The notes: generated by a model not told the origin, from the sequence alone. DNA of 64,000 bases from an uncultured Bacilli bacterium (GCA_934149465.1 CAKPEZ010000004.1:5463-69462); one strand, 5' to 3'. Numbered from the stretch's first letter, positions 1 through 10,421 are shown. Program-made: numbers and translations.

Positions 1-77
1 TATAGCCAAGCACCTAGTATAATTACAAGTAAAATAAATAATACTAATGCGATAGCTGCATTTGATCCACAAGCACC
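1..77 (-). CDS. Partial small hydrophobic protein (start codon at 77, continues past the window edge). It resembles YjcZ-like small sporulation proteins.
   Basis: The reverse complement reads GGAGGA-N7-ATG followed by MGACGSNAAIALVLFILLVIILGAW. This is a Gly/Cys N-terminus then a hydrophobic stretch, as in the YjcZ family. Confidence 0.3.
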
Positions 78-238
78 CATAAATTCATCCTCCTTTTTTT
101 ATGTTTTCACATTATTGTATGGATATTTTATTCTTTTGTGAATGCTAACACACAATATTTAGATAAATTTTCGTTTTTATCTTGTCTTTTTTTAGGAAGT
201 TTGTTATCATATACATTGTATCAGAAAGGATGGAAAAG

Positions 239-1237
239 ATGGAAAAAATAATAAAATGGAGCAAAGAAAACAAGCTTTTATTGATCGGAATTGTAATTGG
301 AATTGCTGTTGGACTTTTAATTATGCTTTTAACTAAAAAAGAAAATATTGCTACTTTAAAAGATGGAACACAAAACGTAGTTACATTTAAAGATCACAAT
401 ATTACTGCTAATGATTTATATGATGAAATGAAAAGTTATTATTCTGTTAGCATTTTACTTGATCATATAGATCGCACAATATTAGAAGCTAAATATCCAG
501 AAACAGATGAAATGAAAAAGGAAATTGATAAAACTTATTCATTATACGAACAATATTATGGAGATAAGTTATTAGCAAGTTTACAACAAAGCGGAATTAA
601 TAGTATTGCAGAATTTAAAAAAGTGCTTAAATTAGATTATTTAAGAAGTTTAGCAACTGACGATTATGCAAAATCTTTAATTAGTGAAGATGATATCAAA
701 AACTATTACGATAAAGAAGTTGTTGGTGATATTAACACTAAACATATACTTGTTAAACCTGATACTAACGATAATATGAGTAGTGAGGAAAAAGCTCAAA
801 AAGAAAAAGAAGCTTTAAATTTAGCAAAAGAAATCATTGAAAAGTTAAATAGTGGTAAATCTTTTGATGAAGTAAAAAAAGAATATGAAAAATCTATAAC
901 TTATGAAGAATTAGGTTTTCAACCATTTAATGCTTCTTTAGAAGAAAATTATTTAAAAGAAATGAAATCATTAAAAGATGGAGAATATTCTAAAACTCCA
1001 GTTAAAACTTCATATGGATATCATATCGTATATCGTATAGAACAAAAAGAAAAAGCAAGCTTAGATTCATTAAAAGATACTATTTTAGATATTCTTGCTT
1101 CAAATAAGAAAAGTGCTGATAGTAAGATTACTTATAAAGCTCTTATGAAATTACGTGAAGATAATGATCTAAAATTTGATGATGAAAATTTAGAAAATAA
1201 ATACAATTCATATATGGATTCATTATTAAATAAATAA
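239..1237 (+). CDS. prsA: Membrane-anchored peptidyl-prolyl isomerase (PrsA-like foldase, parvulin domain).
   Basis: The supplied ORF is 182..1237. An N-terminal TM helix is followed by a parvulin-type domain (HILVKP...YGYHIV). The likely start is the ATG at 239 (MEKIIKW), which has an AAAGGA RBS 9 nt upstream; ATGs at 182 and 230 are also possible. Confidence 0.7.
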   Translation: MEKIIKWSKENKLLLIGIVIGIAVGLLIMLLTKKENIATLKDGTQNVVTFKDHNITANDLYDEMKSYYSVSILLDHIDRTILEAKYPETDEMKKEIDKTYSLYEQYYGDKLLASLQQSGINSIAEFKKVLKLDYLRSLATDDYAKSLISEDDIKNYYDKEVVGDINTKHILVKPDTNDNMSSEEKAQKEKEALNLAKEIIEKLNSGKSFDEVKKEYEKSITYEELGFQPFNASLEENYLKEMKSLKDGEYSKTPVKTSYGYHIVYRIEQKEKASLDSLKDTILDILASNKKSADSKITYKALMKLREDNDLKFDDENLENKYNSYMDSLLNK

Positions 1238-1268
1238 AAATTCTGCTTAATAAACAGAATTTTTTTTC
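1238..1268. terminator. Bidirectional rho-independent terminator shared by convergent prsA and the 1247..1900 gene.
   Basis: AATTCTG-cttaataaa-CAGAATT hairpin followed by a T8 run; the plus-strand mirror has an A-run. Confidence 0.6.
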
Positions 1269-1900
1269 TTCTTATTTTCAACTAAATCATATAACGAAAA
1301 TAATTGATCAATACCCTTTTCATCTTGTATATTTAAAAGTAACTCTTTCATCTTAGAAATAGCAAGGTTTTCTTCTTCAAAAAGATCAAAGTATAAATAT
1401 CTTATTTTTTCTTTATCTACCAGTAAATCTAATTTTTTTATAAAGTCATAGACCTTTTTCTTTTTTTCTCTAATAATTCGGCAATTATCTAATAAATTGT
1501 TATTATTTACTTTGACTGTTTTTTCTATTACACAATCAATATTCAAATTCTCCGCTACTTCATTTGCTTCATCTTCTTCATCAAATAGTAAACTACTTTT
1601 TTTTATAATTAATCCTTCTTCATTGCACATAACTGCTACTGTTTCTTCAGTATTAGAAAATAAGCAAAGATATTTATATTCATTGTTACTAAGCATATAT
1701 ATTGTAGTTTCATGAGCTATTTTATGTAAAATTTCTTCTTTCAAATATACTTTATCATTAATAATAGACAATAATTTTTCAGTATTTATTCTAAAAATAG
1801 GAATTTTTTTAATATTTAAGAGACGATCTTTTTTATTCCACTCATAAAAATCATATAATTGTTCTTGAAAATTTAATACAATATCATAAATGTAAATCAT
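1247..1900 (-). CDS. Hypothetical cytoplasmic protein of 217 aa.
   Basis: Long ORF with a biased, Firmicute-like composition. I recognise no motif. Confidence 0.45.
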   Translation of the reverse strand: MIYIYDIVLNFQEQLYDFYEWNKKDRLLNIKKIPIFRINTEKLLSIINDKVYLKEEILHKIAHETTIYMLSNNEYKYLCLFSNTEETVAVMCNEEGLIIKKSSLLFDEEDEANEVAENLNIDCVIEKTVKVNNNNLLDNCRIIREKKKKVYDFIKKLDLLVDKEKIRYLYFDLFEEENLAISKMKELLLNIQDEKGIDQLFSLYDLVENKKKKNSVY

Positions 1901-2105
1901 AACTATTTCCTTTCTTAAATAAGACTATAATAATAATTAATAAGCCAAATAAAACGTAATAGCACTCCCATCTTCTAATAATAAAATTAACATATTCAAA
2001 AAAATTATACCCAATTGTTAAAAGATTTAAATATAGTATTATATAGCTAAATCCTATTATCATTAAACCAAAACCCATTAAAAAGAAAAAAATACGCATT
2101 AACAA
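1884..2105 (-). CDS. Small hydrophobic membrane protein of 73 aa.
   Basis: Two predicted TM helices. It overlaps the upstream gene by 17 nt, which suggests translational coupling. Confidence 0.3.
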   Translation of the reverse strand: MLMRIFFFLMGFGLMIIGFSYIILYLNLLTIGYNFFEYVNFIIRRWECYYVLFGLLIIIIVLFKKGNSYDLHL

Positions 2106-2148
2106 TTTTATTCACCTATTAAAGTAAATGATTGTTAATGCGTATTTA

Positions 2149-3231
2149 TTATTTTAAATAATTTTTATCATTAATTTCCACTTGATTTATAGAATCAAAT
2201 CTCTTAGATATTTTATCTGTAGTAATATGAATATTTTCTACATCTTTATTAACTGTTTCTATTGAACGTGATAGCTTATCCCATCTTTCCTTATATCTGG
2301 CAAATTCTAAACCTAATTTATTTAACTCATCGTGAATAATCGAAGCATATTTATCTCTTTCCATATTCTTTAGAAGCATTTGAATAACCGTTAATGTGGA
2401 AATCAAAGTAGTTGGAGAAGTTATCCATACTTTCTTTTTATAAGAATATTCTACTAAATCATTATGATACGCATTTATTTCAGCAAATAAAGCTTCTGCT
2501 GGTAAAAACATGATCGCCTGATTAGAAGTCTCTCCTGGAATAATATACTTGCTACTAATAGCGTCAATATGTTTTTTTACATCAATTTTAAATTGCTTCT
2601 CTGCTAGATCTCTTTCTAATTTACTATTATTTCGATCAACCATTTTTTGATAATTTTCTAGAGGAAATTTAGAATCAATTCCAACTACTCCTAAAGGTTC
2701 AGGTGCAAAAAGAACAGCATCTACTATTGTTCCATTAGAAAATGGATATTGCAATTGATATATTTTATCATTTTTTTCTCCAAAGACACTAGATAAAATA
2801 TGAGTTAAATTTACTTCACCAAAAATTCCTCTACTCTTTTTATCAGTTAATATTCCTTGTAATGATATTATATCTGTTGACAAGCCATCTATCTTTTTTT
2901 GAGCCTCATCTATTTTAGATAATCGTTCTAAGACTGAAGAAAACGTCTTATTGGTCTTTTCAAAATTTTCATCTAATCTTTCATTTACTTTATCATTTAT
3001 TGCTCTGAGTCTAGAATCAATTCGATCATTTAAACCATTAAAATCATCATTCATATTCCGAATAATATTAGTTTGAAAATCTCCCAATTCTTTCAAAGTA
3101 TTTTTCTCTAAATTACCGAGTCTCTCAGTTATCTTAGCTTCATTGATATTCTTTATAATTGATACTATAACTAAAATAACAATTAATATAAGAAGCCCTA
3201 GTATTATATAATCCATATTGTCTACCTCCAA
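2149..3231 (-). CDS. rmuC: DNA recombination protein RmuC.
   Basis: N-terminal TM helix, a long coiled-coil, then the C-terminal RmuC nuclease-like region (KSRGIFGE...FLPAEA). Confidence 0.8.
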   Translation of the reverse strand: MEVDNMDYIILGLLILIVILVIVSIIKNINEAKITERLGNLEKNTLKELGDFQTNIIRNMNDDFNGLNDRIDSRLRAINDKVNERLDENFEKTNKTFSSVLERLSKIDEAQKKIDGLSTDIISLQGILTDKKSRGIFGEVNLTHILSSVFGEKNDKIYQLQYPFSNGTIVDAVLFAPEPLGVVGIDSKFPLENYQKMVDRNNSKLERDLAEKQFKIDVKKHIDAISSKYIIPGETSNQAIMFLPAEALFAEINAYHNDLVEYSYKKKVWITSPTTLISTLTVIQMLLKNMERDKYASIIHDELNKLGLEFARYKERWDKLSRSIETVNKDVENIHITTDKISKRFDSINQVEINDKNYLK

Positions 3232-3262
3232 TATTAATTATATAATAAAATCTAAGAAAATT

Positions 3263-3556
3263 CTATTTATTTTGTAAATAATTATCATATCCCCCAATGA
3301 TGCTTTTTATATTATATCCAAGCGTGTTAAATCTAACAGCTAAATCATGACTAGAATAACCATTTTGACAATATAAATAATATTTTCTATCTTTTTTTAA
3401 ATAAGTAGAGTAATTAATTAATAAATCTTTAAAAGGAATACAAATTGAATTAGGAATATGTCCAAAATCATATTCTACTTTATTTCGAATATCTATTATA
3501 GTAACTGAATTATAATTTAAAACCTCATTAATAGTTACGTCATTCATATAGTTCAC
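3263..3556 (-). CDS. Single-domain rhodanese-like sulfurtransferase.
   Basis: 97 aa with the active-site Cys loop (YLYCQNGYSS). Confidence 0.65.
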   Translation of the reverse strand: MNYMNDVTINEVLNYNSVTIIDIRNKVEYDFGHIPNSICIPFKDLLINYSTYLKKDRKYYLYCQNGYSSHDLAVRFNTLGYNIKSIIGGYDNYLQNK

Positions 3557-3597
3557 CCTATAATAGTATATAAAAAAAACTATAAAAGTTTATTCTT

Positions 3598-5709
3598 TTA
3601 TAGTTCATCATCAAAAAAGTCATCAAAGAATTGATCATCATCGGCTAAATTATCTTCTTCATTATTAGATTCATCAACTGAAGGAACTTCTTTAGCTACT
3701 TCATTACTAGTTCCTTTCATTTCTTCATTAGGAACAAATTCATTAAATGAAACTTTCTTTTCAGATTCGTTGTCTAAAGCTGGTTTAGTTTGCTCATTCA
3801 TAGTAGCTTTTTCTAACTCTTCTTCTTTCTCAAGCTCTGCTATCTTAGCATCAATTCTTTTAGTAAGTTCTTCTAAATCAAATGCCATTCCTCCATCATC
3901 TGAAGAAGGCTTTAATTTATTTGATTGCATAAAAGGATTAAATCCCATACCACCAAAAGGATTTTCTAAAGCACTAGAATTACCATAAGAATTTATCGCA
4001 TTTTCCATATTCTTTTGCTTCATATTTTTTACATAATCTTTTATTTGAAATAATTGAACTTCTCTCTTCTCACGAGTTGGATAAGTAGCAGTTTCATATT
4101 TTTTACCCCAATCAATCTTAAAATCAGGAGTAAACTTTGTTTTAAATGGCATCATTCTCATTCTCATAATAATTATTTCAAACTTGCTTAATCTCTGTAA
4201 ATCACTAACAGTTACTAATGGCGTAGAAGCGGTTTTATCTTTTTCTTTTGATTTTACTTCTCCACACATTTTACTTATTTCTTCTAAGGCAGCTAGTTCA
4301 TTACTAATTAAGTACATAATATTACAGTTACCCTTTATAGTATCAGCATTTTCCTTACCATAAACCTGAGTTAACTGAGCATAGTTCTGAATAATAAAAT
4401 TAAATCTTATATGCCTACTTCTAGCTGCCGTAACCATTGTAGTAACATCTTTAAGTGGTGGCATATTAGCAAACTCATCCAATATAAAATTTGTTCTATA
4501 AGGTAAATGCCCACCACATTCTTGAGCAACATCAATAAGTGTTTCGTAACATTGTTTTATAAATATAGTAGCAAGTGGATGTAAGGTCTTTTTTTCATCT
4601 TGAACAATCATAAAAACAGCAGTCTTTTTTCTTCCTATATCTTTCATATCAAAATCACTATATGAAAGCATTTCTGATAAATTATCACGTGAAGAAAATA
4701 ATTTTACTTTCTGTTTAAAAGTAGCAAGAATACCACCTTTAGTTTCTTCAGGAGCATACACTGTACCAGAAGCATTTATATAGGCAGGACGTGAAGGATC
4801 TTTAGAATTAAAATATTCTTTTATGTAATTACTATTAGGCCCACCATAGCGTTCTTCACCTAAAGTTGACATCAAATTCATACTATTTAAATTAACTTGT
4901 TCTTCGGTGGCATCTTCAAACAAACCAAGAGCAAGACCACTAAAATAATCCGCACCAGAATTTTCCCAAAAAGGATCATTACTTGTTTTTTCATCATATA
5001 AAATATTTTTAGCTAAATCATCTAAAAGCTCAATAGCTTTATCAACATTTCCTTCTTTATACATTCTATATGGTAAAGCCATAGGATTCCAAGCATTTCC
5101 ATGCTGTGGATCACGAAAATTCAGAAGAATTACATTATAACCTTTTTCTCTTAAAAGATTACCAGTAGATTCATATAGTTCACCCTTAGGATCGGTTAGA
5201 ATCATTGATTCGCCCGCTTTAGCCAAAATTTTAATAGTAGGTTTTGCCACTATTACAGTTTTACCACTACCAGTAGCACCTACGATTAAATTATGACTTT
5301 CTCCATTATCAACCCATAATTTTTTACCATCACTTATCATTGCAACTCCGGCAGCAGATAAGGTATCAGCTTTAGGATCTACTTCAACCAATTCTTTTTT
5401 CATTTCAGTATCCTTAGCCCATCTAGAATATCCACCATTTTTACCTTTTCCCCATTCAAAGATATAAGAATTACATGCAACAAATATACCTATTAGAGCT
5501 AAAATAAAAAATAAAATTGTTGCTGGTAAAAAATCAGGAGAAAATGCTTCAAATGGTATAAACCCATAAAGTTCCCCATAGCTAGCTAAATAAGCCATAT
5601 TTAAAACTCCGATAGCAACCAAATATAAAAGTAAAATACAAAATCCTATAAAAATTGCTAAATCTTTAGGCTCAACTTTAAGCTTAGATAAATTAAATTT
5701 AAATTTCAT
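3598..5709 (-). CDS. VirD4/TraG/TraD-family type IV coupling protein-like ATPase (orphan). It has two N-terminal TM helices and a long acidic C-terminal tail.
   Basis: Walker A motif GATGSGKT is followed by the DPKGE motif typical of TraG/VirD4. A Walker B-like FILDEFAN is present. The C-terminal ~130 aa are Glu/Asp-rich and end in DDFFDDEL. Confidence 0.7.
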   Translation of the reverse strand: MKFKFNLSKLKVEPKDLAIFIGFCILLLYLVAIGVLNMAYLASYGELYGFIPFEAFSPDFLPATILFFILALIGIFVACNSYIFEWGKGKNGGYSRWAKDTEMKKELVEVDPKADTLSAAGVAMISDGKKLWVDNGESHNLIVGATGSGKTVIVAKPTIKILAKAGESMILTDPKGELYESTGNLLREKGYNVILLNFRDPQHGNAWNPMALPYRMYKEGNVDKAIELLDDLAKNILYDEKTSNDPFWENSGADYFSGLALGLFEDATEEQVNLNSMNLMSTLGEERYGGPNSNYIKEYFNSKDPSRPAYINASGTVYAPEETKGGILATFKQKVKLFSSRDNLSEMLSYSDFDMKDIGRKKTAVFMIVQDEKKTLHPLATIFIKQCYETLIDVAQECGGHLPYRTNFILDEFANMPPLKDVTTMVTAARSRHIRFNFIIQNYAQLTQVYGKENADTIKGNCNIMYLISNELAALEEISKMCGEVKSKEKDKTASTPLVTVSDLQRLSKFEIIIMRMRMMPFKTKFTPDFKIDWGKKYETATYPTREKREVQLFQIKDYVKNMKQKNMENAINSYGNSSALENPFGGMGFNPFMQSNKLKPSSDDGGMAFDLEELTKRIDAKIAELEKEEELEKATMNEQTKPALDNESEKKVSFNEFVPNEEMKGTSNEVAKEVPSVDESNNEEDNLADDDQFFDDFFDDEL

Positions 5710-5768
5710 GTTATCACCTCATATTTACAATCTATTATAGCATGTAATTTTTAATAAGTAAATTATCT

Positions 5769-5795
5769 ATATAAAAAAGAACTACATATGTAGTC
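5769..5795 (-). terminator. Rho-independent terminator after the YfcC-like gene.
   Basis: Palindrome ACTACATATGTAGT, followed by a T-run on the minus strand. Confidence 0.45.
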
Positions 5796-7232
5796 CTAAA
5801 TTAATAATAATATAAGTGCAATTGCAAGTACAACAAGAATTAATTCAATAACTAAACGCCAAATATATTTACACCATGTACTATATGGAACATTAGTGTA
5901 AGTTAATCCAGCTATTAAGATTAAACTTGTAGGTGCAATCATCATAACTATTCCATATGATGATTGGAAAAGTACTGCTAATACTGGGTAAACAGCACTG
6001 TCTTCAATTGCTTGCATTATTGGTAAGAAAACACCTTGTACAGTGTAGTATAAATCAACTTGGAATACACTACCTAAAAGTGCTAACAAATAAGTTACCA
6101 CTAAATTAAATCCACCAACTAATCCACTAGCCCAATTAATAATAGTTTCCATAAATCCATTATTATAAGCACAAATTAAAATAGAATAAGCAAGTGTTGT
6201 TAAGATAGCAGTTGGAAGCATCTTTTTAAATCCATCAATAATTCCTTCTATCATATCATCAAACTTAACTTTACAAGCAAATTTAACAATAAGAATAAGA
6301 ACAACTATTAACACATTAATAAGAACATAGCTTCCTAAATATTCAAATTCTCCAAATGGTACCTTATCAAGTTCAGATAAGAAAATACTAGGGAATATCT
6401 TAAAATCTCCAATAGCTAAAGAAACAAGCCAAGTATTAAAATCCTTAAATATTGTTATTCCAAATAAATTTTCCCAAGGTACAAGACCTAATACTAAGAA
6501 AACAAATGCAAGTGAAAATACTACAATAATAGGCCATACTTTTATATTCTTATAGTCTCCCTTTACTTCAGTAACCATAACATCTGCATCATCTTTTAAA
6601 GCATAATCAACTTTCTTTTCTTTTACATTCTTAATATGTTTTAGCACATACATTACAAGTAAGAAAATAGCAAGAGCTAGAAGAAAAATCTTTGGAAAAA
6701 TATTTCCATACTTTTCAATATCTAACATTTCTTCTAAAGTAGTTTTTGCAAATGTGTAAGAAGAAGAATTTCTAAAATTTAAAAATATAAATCCAATTGT
6801 TCCAACTACAATAGCACCAATAGTTGATGATAATGCAACTAACTTATCATATCCTAATAAAAGAATAATTGATATTACACAAGGTACAAAAATAAACAAC
6901 GGCATTGAAATACCAGTTAATGCTGTAACTAATGCAAAAACAATAATTACACCAATTAAGAATTTTGTAGCATTTGGTTTTATTTTACAAGCAATCATAT
7001 CTAAAAATTTCTTATATGATACAGTTTTATTTAAAACACCATATAATGCTCCAACTAACAAAATAAATATTGCTAAGTCAAAGAAAAAATAAAATGATTG
7101 CATTGAATTTATTAGGACATCACCTAAAGCTATGTATGTTACACTTCCACTACGTCCAGGAATGATATAACTTACAATCATTATCAATAATAATAAGCAC
7201 ATCATCACTTTTAACAAATTATGTTTTTTCAT
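5796..7232 (-). CDS. YfcC-family polytopic membrane transporter (putative amino-acid/C4 carrier).
   Basis: 478 aa with at least 10 TM helices. The N-terminus (IIPGRSGS...) and overall layout resemble the YfcC/DUF1919 family. Confidence 0.5.
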   Translation of the reverse strand: MKKHNLLKVMMCLLLLIMIVSYIIPGRSGSVTYIALGDVLINSMQSFYFFFDLAIFILLVGALYGVLNKTVSYKKFLDMIACKIKPNATKFLIGVIIVFALVTALTGISMPLFIFVPCVISIILLLGYDKLVALSSTIGAIVVGTIGFIFLNFRNSSSYTFAKTTLEEMLDIEKYGNIFPKIFLLALAIFLLVMYVLKHIKNVKEKKVDYALKDDADVMVTEVKGDYKNIKVWPIIVVFSLAFVFLVLGLVPWENLFGITIFKDFNTWLVSLAIGDFKIFPSIFLSELDKVPFGEFEYLGSYVLINVLIVVLILIVKFACKVKFDDMIEGIIDGFKKMLPTAILTTLAYSILICAYNNGFMETIINWASGLVGGFNLVVTYLLALLGSVFQVDLYYTVQGVFLPIMQAIEDSAVYPVLAVLFQSSYGIVMMIAPTSLILIAGLTYTNVPYSTWCKYIWRLVIELILVVLAIALILLLI

Positions 7233-7295
7233 ATTTACCTCCCAAGATTAATTATAACACAAAATAAATAAATGTTATAAAAATGTTAATTATTT

Positions 7296-7330
7296 CCACA
7301 AAAAAAGCGAGTTTATTAGGAAAACTCACT
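7296..7330 (-). terminator. Rho-independent terminator downstream of lysS.
   Basis: Minus-strand GTGAGTTT..AAACTCGC stem followed by T7. Confidence 0.55.
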
Positions 7331-7336
7331 ATTTTT

Positions 7337-8806
7337 TCACTTATTTTGTCTCATTAAAGGAAATAAAACACAATCTTTTATATTTTCACTATTTGTAAGT
7401 AATTGAATCAAACGATCAACACCCATCCCCCATCCACTAATAGGAGGCATACCATAACTCATAGCATCTAAATAATCTTCATCCATAACAAGTGCTTCAT
7501 CGTCACCCTCTTGGTTAAGACGAGCTTGTTCTTCTAAACGCTTTCTTTGTTCAACTGGATCAACAAGTTCAGAATAAGCATTTACTATTTCTGCTCCATT
7601 TATAACTAATTGGAAACGATCTGTAATTTCCTTGTTTTTATCATTAGCACGTGCTAAAGGTGATAATTCTATTGGGTGCTCAGTTAAAAAGATAGGATTA
7701 ATTATATTAGGACGCGCAACTTTTTTATATAATAAATCTACAATCTTACCAAATCCTAACAAATTAATATCTGTTTCTGATTCTAATTCTATTTTCTTTT
7801 CTTTAATTATATTTAAAAGACTTTCTTTGCTATTATATATACTTATATCAATATCAGCATATTTAATTAATAATTCTCTAAAAGATACTCTCTCCCATTT
7901 TGAAGATAAATCTACTTTTTTATCACCAACAGTAATTTCTAAAGTACCAAATAACTTTAAAATTATACTTTTTATCATCTTTTCAATAAAATTCATATTA
8001 TCTTCATAATTATAGTAAGCAGCATATCCTTCTACCATTGTAAAATCTTGTAAGTGAGAAGAATCCATTCCCTCATTTCTAAAACAACGTGCTATCTCAA
8101 ATACCTTTGTAAATCCACCTACTATTGCTCTTTTTAAATAAGTTTCTGGAGCAATTCTAAGATAAACATCCATATCTAAAGCATTATGATGAGCCATAAA
8201 TGGTTTTGCTAAAGCACCACTTGCTTTATTATTTAAAATAGGTGTTTCTATTTCAATATAGCCTAAATTATTTAAATAATTACGTAATTCCTTAATAAAA
8301 TTACTTCTAAGTAAAAATCTTGCTCTAGTATCTTCATTCATGATTAAATCTACATAACGATTTCGATAACGCATTTCTTCATCAGTAAGACCATGAAATT
8401 TTTCAGGAAGAGGTTTTAAAGCTTTGCCTAAAAACTCATAAGAAGAAACTCTAATAGTTTTTTCACCCGTATGAGTAGTAAATATTTCTCCTTCTACTCC
8501 AATAAAATCTCCAATATCAAAAAATTCCTTAAATTCACGGTATTTTTCTTCGCCAACCATATCAAGCTTTATAGATAACTGAATAGAACCTTCAATATCA
8601 CGAATAGTTAAAAAACTAAGTTTTCCCATCTTACGCATTAATACTATTCTTCCTGCTACTCTTACATTAGTAGTACCATCAGGTAACAAAGCAGCATCTT
8701 TTATCTCATAATTTGTTTCAAACCTTTCTGGATAAGGATTAGTAACCTTTTCTATTTCTAATATTTTATTTCTTCTAACAATTTCTTGTTCACTTAACTC
8801 AGCCAT
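7337..8806 (-). CDS. lysS: Lysine--tRNA ligase (class II).
   Basis: 489 aa with an N-terminal OB fold and class II core motifs. It lies in dusB-lysS synteny. Confidence 0.95.
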   Translation of the reverse strand: MAELSEQEIVRRNKILEIEKVTNPYPERFETNYEIKDAALLPDGTTNVRVAGRIVLMRKMGKLSFLTIRDIEGSIQLSIKLDMVGEEKYREFKEFFDIGDFIGVEGEIFTTHTGEKTIRVSSYEFLGKALKPLPEKFHGLTDEEMRYRNRYVDLIMNEDTRARFLLRSNFIKELRNYLNNLGYIEIETPILNNKASGALAKPFMAHHNALDMDVYLRIAPETYLKRAIVGGFTKVFEIARCFRNEGMDSSHLQDFTMVEGYAAYYNYEDNMNFIEKMIKSIILKLFGTLEITVGDKKVDLSSKWERVSFRELLIKYADIDISIYNSKESLLNIIKEKKIELESETDINLLGFGKIVDLLYKKVARPNIINPIFLTEHPIELSPLARANDKNKEITDRFQLVINGAEIVNAYSELVDPVEQRKRLEEQARLNQEGDDEALVMDEDYLDAMSYGMPPISGWGMGVDRLIQLLTNSENIKDCVLFPLMRQNK

Positions 8807-9435
8807 TATTTTTCCTCCTTTATTACTTCAGTTCCAAGAATTTTATCATGTAACCCAAGACGTTTTTTACTATATAAAATCATAAATCCTGATATTACTA
8901 CAAATAACATATCTATTATAGCAATAATTTCAGATGCTAAAGCATACTTATTAGATTTCATCAAGAAAAGTAAAATAAGTACGATAAAATTAGCAAGAAC
9001 ACTATTTATTAGTAATGGTCTTAATAACATCTGTTTCCAAGTTAATTCACCATTTTGAGATTTAACTCTAATATGCATAACATATTTTCCAACCGTTCTT
9101 CCACCAGTTAAATAAGCACATACTCCGTAATAAACAAAAGTTAATGCGACATTAACAGCGTTTATAGCAATAAGTTCTTTACTTATGTCATAATTTATTT
9201 CTGACAATTCTTTAACATAATTATCCACGCTAATGCTTCCATTTACTTCTAAAGATGCAATTAATTCGTCTCTTTCATTAATTAATTCATCATATCTTTG
9301 CGAAGTTGGAATCATTAAGGATATCAAACTTATAAAAAAATAAATAACTAAAAAATCAACACAGTATGCACATCCACGTGTAAAAAAACTAGCACGTTCC
9401 TCTTTTTTCATCTCTTCCATAAAATCACCTAACAT
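8806..9435 (-). CDS. RDD-family membrane protein.
   Basis: 209 aa with 3-4 TM helices and an RGCAYCVD N-terminal signature. Confidence 0.5.
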   Translation of the reverse strand: MLGDFMEEMKKEERASFFTRGCAYCVDFLVIYFFISLISLMIPTSQRYDELINERDELIASLEVNGSISVDNYVKELSEINYDISKELIAINAVNVALTFVYYGVCAYLTGGRTVGKYVMHIRVKSQNGELTWKQMLLRPLLINSVLANFIVLILLFLMKSNKYALASEIIAIIDMLFVVISGFMILYSKKRLGLHDKILGTEVIKEEK

Positions 9436-10421
9436 TATAATATACCATTTTCTAAATTATTTAAATAGTTATTTAAGATTTTTTTTATTTCTTCACTATT
9501 TTTAGCGCTCATTATTTCTTTTTTTACACTAGTATTACCAGGAAGAGATTTTAAATACCAAGAAATATGACTCCGCATTTCTAAGACGCTTACTTTCTCT
9601 GATTTTATCTTAAGTAAGTAATCTAAATGCTTATAGCACATATTAATACGATCACGATAAGATGGCTCTGGTAAAATAGTAGCATCTTCTAAATAGGCTA
9701 CTACCTCCTTTATTAACCAAGGATTTCCAAGAGCTCCTCTTCCTATCATAACAGCATCACATCCAGTTTCATCAAGCATTTTCTTAGCTAAAAAACTAGA
9801 AGTTATATCTCCATTTCCAATAACAGGTATTTTAACATTTTGTTTTACTTCTTTAATAATATTCCAATCAGCTTTTCCTTGATAACCTTGCATCCTAGTT
9901 CGAGGATGAACCGTAATAGCGCTAGCGCCTGCTTTTTCACACACTTTTGCTACTAAAACTGCATTAATATTATTACTATCCCAACCACTTCTAATTTTTA
10001 CAGTAATAGGACATGGGACAGCCTTTCTTACACTTGATACTATTTCATATATTTTATCTGGATCTCTTAAAAGTGCAGCACCTGCTTGAGACTTTAAGGC
10101 AACCTTAGGAACAGGACACCCCATATTAATATCAATAATATCTGGTTTAGTTAATTTATAAACAATTTTAGCAGCTTCAACAAAAGTATCTACATCACTT
10201 CCAAAAATTTGCTGGGAAATAGGTCTTTCTATATCTTCTAAATATAGTAGTTCCTTAGTTTTTTTACTATCATACACTAAAGCCTTGTCACTTACCATTT
10301 CAGCGCAGATAAGACCTGCTCCCATTTCTTTTATAATCTTTCTAAAAGCATTATTACAAATACCAGCCATAGGCGCTAATACTACTTGATTTTTTATTTC
10401 AACATTCCCTATTTTCCACAT
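9435..10421 (-). CDS. dusB: tRNA-dihydrouridine synthase B.
   Basis: LAPMAGICN FMN-binding motif in a TIM-barrel Dus family protein, located upstream of lysS as in Bacillus. Confidence 0.9.
   Translation of the reverse strand: MWKIGNVEIKNQVVLAPMAGICNNAFRKIIKEMGAGLICAEMVSDKALVYDSKKTKELLYLEDIERPISQQIFGSDVDTFVEAAKIVYKLTKPDIIDINMGCPVPKVALKSQAGAALLRDPDKIYEIVSSVRKAVPCPITVKIRSGWDSNNINAVLVAKVCEKAGASAITVHPRTRMQGYQGKADWNIIKEVKQNVKIPVIGNGDITSSFLAKKMLDETGCDAVMIGRGALGNPWLIKEVVAYLEDATILPEPSYRDRINMCYKHLDYLLKIKSEKVSVLEMRSHISWYLKSLPGNTSVKKEIMSAKNSEEIKKILNNYLNNLENGIL

Noticed and set aside
1497-1715. Short ORFs antisense to or nested within long well-supported genes: 1497..1715, 3770..3988, 7632..8009, 14549..14830, 25397..25591, 31457..31699, 32461..32658, 34447..34641, 39275..39493, 44848..45144, 51618..51842, 56711..56995, 62115..62336, 62788..63006 and 23101..23328.
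   Set aside because: Each lies entirely inside, or opposite to, a gene with clear family motifs (lysS, ftsH, mfd, dnaX, gyrB, yidC, parB, prfA, fba, murA and others). In an AT-rich genome such spurious opposite-strand ORFs are expected. Their compositions are low-complexity and they have no RBS.
3598-5709. T4CP gene taken as evidence for an integrated conjugative element.
   Set aside because: No integrase, relaxase, VirB4/VirB6 homolog, direct repeats or tRNA target lies within 30 kb on either side. Flanking genes are core genes in conserved synteny. It is treated as an orphan, not called as a mobile element.
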